Shown here in pieces: positions 58,686-64,000 of a stretch of 64,000 bases of DNA; within the stretch, counting starts at the first letter, position 1, and the number at the start of each line of letters is the position of its first letter. A program made the translations under genes and the position numbers. This stretch comes from Candidatus Omnitrophota bacterium (lineage in GTDB: Bacteria > Omnitrophota > Gorgyraeia > JACQQV01), in contig JACQQV010000008.1 in the NCBI GenBank assembly GCA_016206785.1, positions 4,402 through 68,401 on the forward strand, written 5' to 3'. Under the pieces are notes generated by a model. The model searched no databases and was not told where the DNA came from. It saw only the letters and a program-made list of their open reading frames with translations.

Positions 58686-59795
58686 ATGGTCGTCAAACTC
58701 TTTCCAAACGGGAAAACGCCTGAAGCCCTTCTCAAAGGGATGGAGCTGGCCAAAAGATCCTACCAATATGTGGCCAGCCTTTTCTCGAACGACATGGGGA
58801 TCGATCTCGGAACCGCGAATACGTTGATCTATCTGCGGGGGAAGGGGATTGTCCTCTGTGAACCCTCCGTTGTGGCGATCAAGAAGGGGAGCTCCAAAGT
58901 CTGCGCGGTCGGAGAAGAGGCGAAGCGGATGCTCGGTCGCACCCCTGGAAATATTGTAGCCATCCGTCCGATGAAAGACGGGGTCATCACCGATTTCGAA
59001 GTTACGGAAGGGATGCTCCGTCATTTTATTCGCAAGGTTCAGACGCGCACGGTCCTGACTTCTCCGCGGATTGTGGTCGCAGTTCCCTCGGGTCTCACAG
59101 AAGTGGAACGGCGGGCGGTAAAAGATTCTGCCTTAAGTGCCGGGGCGAGCAAGGTGATTCTCGTCGAGGAACCTCGCGCGGCTGCCATCGGCGTCGGACT
59201 TCCGATTTATGAGCCTTTCGGCAATATGGTCATCGACATCGGCGGAGGGACCACCGAGATGGCGGTCTTGTCTTTGGCCGAAATTGTGGTGAGCCGCAGT
59301 ATCCGGGTGGGCGGCGATGAAATGGACGAAGCGATCATCCAATACCTTCGGAAAACCTACAATCTCATGATCGGTGAGAGGACGGCCGAAGAGATCAAAA
59401 TCAAAATAGGGTCGGCCTATCCTCTGGATGAGGAACTCAAGATGGAAGTGCGGGGACGGGACCTGGGAGCCGGCCTTCCCAAGATGCAGGTGGTGGCCTC
59501 GGAAGAGGTGCGCGAAGCCCTGCAGGATCCGATTACACAAATTGTCGATACGGTCCGTTCTACGTTGGAATCGACCCCGCCTGAACTTTCGGCGGATCTC
59601 ATTGAACGGGGAATCATCTTGGCAGGGGGGGGAGCGCTTCTGCGGGGAATTGACAAACTCCTTACGGAAGAGACGGGACTTCCTGTGCATGTGGCGGACG
59701 ATCCTCTGACGGCGGTGGCACTCGGGACAGGGATGGTCATGGATGAGCCCCGTTACCTTCGCATCCTCATGGAGGACAGCCGCCTCACCTCGTAG
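58686..59795 (+). CDS. mreB: Rod-shape determining actin homolog MreB.
   Basis: [10 protein letters not shown]...DIGGGTTE motifs. GGAGA RBS before ATG 58686. Confidence 0.9.
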   Translation: MVVKLFPNGKTPEALLKGMELAKRSYQYVASLFSNDMGIDLGTANTLIYLRGKGIVLCEPSVVAIKKGSSKVCAVGEEAKRMLGRTPGNIVAIRPMKDGVITDFEVTEGMLRHFIRKVQTRTVLTSPRIVVAVPSGLTEVERRAVKDSALSAGASKVILVEEPRAAAIGVGLPIYEPFGNMVIDIGGGTTEMAVLSLAEIVVSRSIRVGGDEMDEAIIQYLRKTYNLMIGERTAEEIKIKIGSAYPLDEELKMEVRGRDLGAGLPKMQVVASEEVREALQDPITQIVDTVRSTLESTPPELSADLIERGIILAGGGALLRGIDKLLTEETGLPVHVADDPLTAVALGTGMVMDEPRYLRILMEDSRLTS

Positions 59796-59805
59796 GTCCT
59801 CCGTG

Positions 59806-60591
59806 ATGCACTTTTCCAGAAAACGACTTTTTGCAATAGGCCTTCTCCTTCTTTTTTTCCTTTCTCTTCTTTTTGGAAATAGCCCTCCGTTTCGTCTCTT
59901 GCGCACCTCGATCGCCGATCCTTCATTCACGCTTTTACGCGTAAGCACTCTTTTCTTGAATGACCTCCTTTACCTTTCCCGAAATTCACGCCTCGTGGGA
60001 GAAAACCGTCTCCTCAAAAGAAAAGTCGCCTTGCTCAAAGAGGAGGTTTCTTCTCTCCAAGAAGATCTCCAGCAGTCTCATCGCTTCTCCCTCTTTTCAG
60101 AATTCCAAAAAGCCCACTCGGAGACGAGGGGGCTTTTTTGTCGCATTATCGGGAGGGACCCTTCCCGCTGGAACCAAATCATTCTTCTGGACAAGGGAAA
60201 AAAAGAGGGGTTGCAGGAAGACATGGCGGTCTTGGGGATGGAGGGGCTTGTGGGAAGGTTGATCCAGGTGGAGGAGAGTTGGAGCAAGGCGCTTCTCATC
60301 ACCGATCCGAATTCAAAAGTAGGGGCGGTCCTGGAGCGGAGTCGAGAAGTGGGTCTTTTGGTTGGCGAGTCGCGGGGGCTTCTCTTCATGGAATATCTCT
60401 CCCCAGGCGCGGATGTCCGCGAAGGAGATCGGGTCTTGACAGCGGGGTTTGGAGAAATTTTTCCCAAGGGGATTGTCATCGGTGAGGTGGTTGGTTTCGG
60501 AAGAAGGGAAGAAGATCTTCTCATGTATGCGTTGGTGAAGCCGATTGAGCGGCTCTCCCAACTGGAAGAGGTGCTGTGCGTCCAACGATAG
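59806..60591 (+). CDS. mreC: Rod shape-determining protein MreC.
   Basis: N-terminal TM, coiled coil, beta-domains (GDRVLTAGFGEIFPKGIVIGEV). Confidence 0.8.
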   Translation: MHFSRKRLFAIGLLLLFFLSLLFGNSPPFRLLRTSIADPSFTLLRVSTLFLNDLLYLSRNSRLVGENRLLKRKVALLKEEVSSLQEDLQQSHRFSLFSEFQKAHSETRGLFCRIIGRDPSRWNQIILLDKGKKEGLQEDMAVLGMEGLVGRLIQVEESWSKALLITDPNSKVGAVLERSREVGLLVGESRGLLFMEYLSPGADVREGDRVLTAGFGEIFPKGIVIGEVVGFGRREEDLLMYALVKPIERLSQLEEVLCVQR

Positions 60592-61007
60592 TTTTTCTTT
60601 TTATTTTTCTTCAGTCTCTCTTCGGGAAATGGATGATCTGGAGTCGTATCTTTCCGGAAGGGGATCTCGCGTGCCTTGTCCTTTTGTCTTATACGATGGG
60701 GCCTTTCAAAGGCGCTTCTTTGGGGGGCGCGGCGGGTCTTTTCCGGGACGCCCTCTCGAGCCACCCTTTCGGAGTCGACATCGTTCTCTTCGGGGGGATC
60801 GGTTTGTTCTCCGGGTTTCTGGGACAACGCCGACGTTTTGGGCTCCCTTGGCAAAAAGTGGTGCTGATCTTTATGGCGGTCCTCCTGAGAGATGCCTTTT
60901 TTATCGGTTCATCGTTTCATTTCCTCTCTGATTATCAAGACTCTGTTTTTCCGAGCGCAACGCTCACAGCCCTCCTTGGCGTAATCCTTTTATTCTTTTT
61001 TCCATGA
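60576..61007 (+). CDS. mreD: Rod shape-determining protein MreD.
   Basis: Small polytopic protein. Position between mreC and mrdA. Confidence 0.6.
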   Translation: MRPTIVFLFIFLQSLFGKWMIWSRIFPEGDLACLVLLSYTMGPFKGASLGGAAGLFRDALSSHPFGVDIVLFGGIGLFSGFLGQRRRFGLPWQKVVLIFMAVLLRDAFFIGSSFHFLSDYQDSVFPSATLTALLGVILLFFFP

Positions 61008-62695
61008 GGATAAGACATCTCGAAAAAATCCTGTCGTCCCTTTTCTTCCTTCTCCTCCTTGGACTTTTAATCCTTCAGGTCTTTCAAGGAAAGTCGTACC
61101 GCCTTCAGAGCCAAGGCAACATCATTCGGCTCATTCCGATGCCGGCTCCCCGGGGAGAGATTTCCGATCGGAATGGGGTCCTCCTTGCCGATACCCACCT
61201 CACCTTGGACCTCGCCCTTATCCCTCAAGAGACAAAGAATTTGAACGCATTGGTAGAGAAACTCTCGAGGATCCTTGGGGTGGATCGGGAGAGGATGTTT
61301 CAGGTCTATGCCAAAGGGCTCTCCGCCCCTTTTACACCGGTTCCCGTCGTGAAAGATATCTCCAAGGAGATGGCGATCTCTCTTGAGGAGAGGCGGGACC
61401 TTCCGGGGACCGTGGTGATGAATACCCCCCATCGCCGTTATCTGTATGGGATAGAAACGGCGCATCTTCTTGGAAGGCTGGGCGAGATCGACCCCTGGGA
61501 ACTGGAACGGTTGCGTCCTTATGGATACAAGATGAAGGACCTCTTGGGGCAAGGAGGGATCGAAGAATCGTTTGACAATTACCTGAGGGGGGAGGATGGC
61601 GGCGTTCAACTCAAAGTGAACAATAAAGGATTCAAGGTGGAGACACTTGGGTCTCGTCGGCCTGTCAAAGGAAAAGATTTGGCCCTCACTCTCGATATCC
61701 GCCTTCAGGGCTTTATCACTTCGCTCCTTCAGGGACGGCCTTCGGCGGTTTGCGTGATGAACCCCCAAACGGGCGAAATTTTGGCACTGGCCAGTTCTCC
61801 TTCCTTTGATCCCAACGGAGATATTTCTCCTCTTCTCCATTCGCAGGAGAGACCTTTCCTCAATCGGGTGACGCAAGGCCTCTATCCTCCCGGCTCTACC
61901 TTTAAAGTGGCGATTGCGGCCACGGCCCTTGAAACAAGAAAGATAGGCGAACAGACGTCGTTTTTTTGCCCAGGGTCTCTCACCCTCGGGAAAGATCAAT
62001 TTGATTGTTGGAGGGAAGGGGGCCACGGGGAACAGCGCCTCATCGGTGCTCTCCAACATTCCTGCAATGTGTTTTTCTACCATGCGGGTCTCCTCACAGG
62101 ACCGGATCTCATCGCAGAGTATGCCCGCTTTTTTGGATTTGGAGAGAAATCGTCTCTTGAACTTCCCCATGAGGCGAAAGGGTTTGTTCCAAATTCTCTT
62201 TGGAAGCGGTTGGCCAAGCGGGAAAGATGGTACGACGGGGAAACGGTGAACTTTGCGATCGGTCAAGGGTACCTTACGGTCACACCCCTCCAAGTCCTCC
62301 GCATGGCTTCTGCGATCGCCACCGATGGGAAACTCGTCGACCCTTATCTGGTGAAGCGGATTGGCGTTTTGGAAACGAAGGCAGGAAAAACGCGTCACCT
62401 TCCCCTCTCAAAAAAGACGCTTGCGGCGATCCAAGAAGGGATGTTTCTCGTCGTCAATTCAGATGAAGGAACAGGACGATACGCAGCGGTGCCAGGTCTT
62501 GAAATCGCCGGCAAGACCGGCACAGCGCAGGTGCATGGCAAGGCCCCCCATGCCTGGTTCGTTGGATACAGTCCCAGCCGCGATCCCCGAGCCAGTCTTG
62601 TGGTGTTTATGGAGCATGGAGGAAAAGGAGGTCTTGTGGCCAGTCAAATTGCCGCATCCATTTTTCAGAAGATGAAGGAGTTGGAACTCTTGTGA
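61004..62695 (+). CDS. mrdA: Peptidoglycan D,D-transpeptidase MrdA (PBP2).
   Basis: STFK (SxxK). SCN-type. KTGTAQ motifs. Confidence 0.9.
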   Translation: MRIRHLEKILSSLFFLLLLGLLILQVFQGKSYRLQSQGNIIRLIPMPAPRGEISDRNGVLLADTHLTLDLALIPQETKNLNALVEKLSRILGVDRERMFQVYAKGLSAPFTPVPVVKDISKEMAISLEERRDLPGTVVMNTPHRRYLYGIETAHLLGRLGEIDPWELERLRPYGYKMKDLLGQGGIEESFDNYLRGEDGGVQLKVNNKGFKVETLGSRRPVKGKDLALTLDIRLQGFITSLLQGRPSAVCVMNPQTGEILALASSPSFDPNGDISPLLHSQERPFLNRVTQGLYPPGSTFKVAIAATALETRKIGEQTSFFCPGSLTLGKDQFDCWREGGHGEQRLIGALQHSCNVFFYHAGLLTGPDLIAEYARFFGFGEKSSLELPHEAKGFVPNSLWKRLAKRERWYDGETVNFAIGQGYLTVTPLQVLRMASAIATDGKLVDPYLVKRIGVLETKAGKTRHLPLSKKTLAAIQEGMFLVVNSDEGTGRYAAVPGLEIAGKTGTAQVHGKAPHAWFVGYSPSRDPRASLVVFMEHGGKGGLVASQIAASIFQKMKELELL

Positions 62696-63768
62696 GAAAG
62701 AGAGATCCTCTTTTTTGGACAGTCCTTCTTCTCTGTTTTCTGGGACTTTTGTCCCTCTATAGTGCGAGTCCTGATCGCTCTTTTTCTCTTAGGGGAAATT
62801 TTGCGTTGCGACAATGCCTCTGGATGATTGTCGCCTTTTCTTTGTTTTGGGTCACTTTCTCTGTGGACTATAAGAAATTTTACGACCTTGCCTATCTTCT
62901 ATACGGGATGAATGTACTCCTTCTTGTCCTTGTCCTTCTTCTGGGAAGGGCAACCCGTCTCGGCGCCCAGCGGTGGTTGGGGGTGGGGCCCTTTGCGTTT
63001 CAACCGTCGGAGTTTATCAAGATCACCCTTGTCTTGGCGGCCGCCCGATTCTTAAGCGGAAAGGACCTTCATGCTTGCGGATGGCGAACCCTTTTGGGCG
63101 CATTCCTTTTGGCAGCCTTTCCGGCACTTTTGATTCTCAAAGAACCGCATCTCGGCACCTCTCTCATCCTTTTCCCAATACTCCTCGGGATGCTGTATGC
63201 GGCGAACTTACGGCGGGACTTTTTCCTCTGGATTCTTTTTATGGCCCTCATCGTCAGCCCTCTCGGCTGGTTCATCCTCAAAGAGTATCAGAAGAACCGG
63301 CTTCTCATCTTCATCAATCCCAATCTTGATCCCTTAGGGGCAGGGTATTCGGTGATTCAATCCCGCATTTCGCTCGGTTCAGGATGGCTTTTCGGAAAGG
63401 GATACCTTTCCGGCACCCAGAGTCAACTGAACTTTCTCCCTGAACGTCACACCGATTTCATCTTTTCCGTGATCGGGGAGGAGTGGGGGTTTCTTGGCAC
63501 CAGTTTTCTTATCTTTTTATACCTCTTTCTTGTCAAAAGGGGTCTTGCCATCGCTGCCCGGGCCCGGGAAGCATTCGCCCAGCTCGTTGTAGCGGGGCTC
63601 ACCACCCTCCTGGCAGGCCACATTTTTGTGAATATCGCCATGACCATGGGGTTCCTTCCGGTCGTAGGACTCCCTCTTCCTTTCCTAAGTTATGGAGGGA
63701 GTTGGCTCACCAGTTGTCTCATCTCAGTCGCGCTCATCCTGAACGTGGGAACCGAGCATAGTCGTTAA
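62692..63768 (+). CDS. mrdB: SEDS peptidoglycan glycosyltransferase RodA.
   Basis: SEDS. RWLGVGPFAFQPSE. PLPFLSYGGS. Confidence 0.9.
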   Translation: MRKRDPLFWTVLLLCFLGLLSLYSASPDRSFSLRGNFALRQCLWMIVAFSLFWVTFSVDYKKFYDLAYLLYGMNVLLLVLVLLLGRATRLGAQRWLGVGPFAFQPSEFIKITLVLAAARFLSGKDLHACGWRTLLGAFLLAAFPALLILKEPHLGTSLILFPILLGMLYAANLRRDFFLWILFMALIVSPLGWFILKEYQKNRLLIFINPNLDPLGAGYSVIQSRISLGSGWLFGKGYLSGTQSQLNFLPERHTDFIFSVIGEEWGFLGTSFLIFLYLFLVKRGLAIAARAREAFAQLVVAGLTTLLAGHIFVNIAMTMGFLPVVGLPLPFLSYGGSWLTSCLISVALILNVGTEHSR

Positions 63769-63820
63769 ATACCTCGCTTTGCTCCCTGTCTGCCGACAGG
63801 CAGGCGTAAGTCACGTTCTC

Positions 63821-63849
63821 ATTGACAAAACCTCTTGTTTATGCTATAC
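63821..63849 (+). promoter_or_regulatory. Consensus sigma70 promoter. TTGACA-N17-TGcTATACT.
   Basis: TTGACA at 63821-63826, 17-nt spacer, TATACT at 63844-63849. Confidence 0.6.
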
Positions 63850-63935
63850 TTACACCAGTTTATAAAATGTAACTTATATCAGAGGTGCTTTTGGACAAAA
63901 GAGAGGTTCCTAAGTACTTTCGGATAGGGGAGGTG

Positions 63936-64000
63936 ATGGAAAACTCCAACCTTTCCCGACAGGTGATCCATAACTATACCCAACTCGATCTCATCCGGGA
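63936..64000 (+). CDS. Hypothetical protein, 5' end only (truncated by the window edge).
   Basis: GGAGG RBS then ATG 63936 (MENSNLSRQVIHNYTQLDLIR...). Open to the end of the window. Confidence 0.4.
   Translation, partial: MENSNLSRQVIHNYTQLDLIR

Overview
This is a bacterial chromosomal window. Coding is dense and mostly on the + strand. The housekeeping content is two syntenic blocks. The first runs xerD, DUF503, rbfA, nrnA, truB, ribF, then a complete division/cell-wall (dcw) cluster: mraZ, rsmH, ftsL, ftsI, murE, murF, mraY, murD, ftsW, murG, murC, murB, ddl, ftsQ, ftsA. The cluster ends at ftsA with no adjacent ftsZ. The second block runs yggS, proC, yggT, punA, ileS, dksA-like, lspA, lgt, rluD, aroA, mreB, mreC, mreD, mrdA, rodA. 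Also present are ligA, a tRNA-Pro(CGG) and a truncated suhB-like inositol monophosphatase gene at the left edge.

The accessory part, about 26.5 to 49.3 kb, is a large type IV pilus / type II secretion-like locus:
- two GspE/PilB plus GspF/PilC pairs;
- a major pilin flanked by GT-C/TPR membrane proteins, one of them TMTC-like;
- a GAF-histidine kinase carrying a degenerate GGDEF with an intact I-site, plus a stand-alone receiver;
- a small excisionase-family HTH protein;
- GspG-, GspI-, GspJ- and GspK-like pseudopilins;
- two tandem copies of a GspL-like (PilM+PilN fusion), GspM/PilO-like, PilP/GspC-like module;
- no secretin, no prepilin peptidase and no PilT in the window.

The most interesting signals are listed here.
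1. Between pilC and the major pilin gene sits a ~140-nt leader with its own consensus promoter and intrinsic terminator. Its first half matches the c-di-GMP-I (GEMM) riboswitch architecture.
2. A 14-bp perfect inverted repeat, ACCCCGTTAnAnAn / nTnTnTAACGGGGT, occurs three times with compensatory arm changes. One copy is in the 5' UTR of the HTH gene. The other two enclose the start codons of two pseudopilin genes.
3. Together with a PilZ gene elsewhere, c-di-GMP sensors are spread across this locus.

TTGACA-N17-TATACT type sigma70 promoters, all consensus-like, recur throughout. A five-fold AAGTGG repeat at 10-bp phase, an MraZ-type operator, lies downstream of the dcw promoter.
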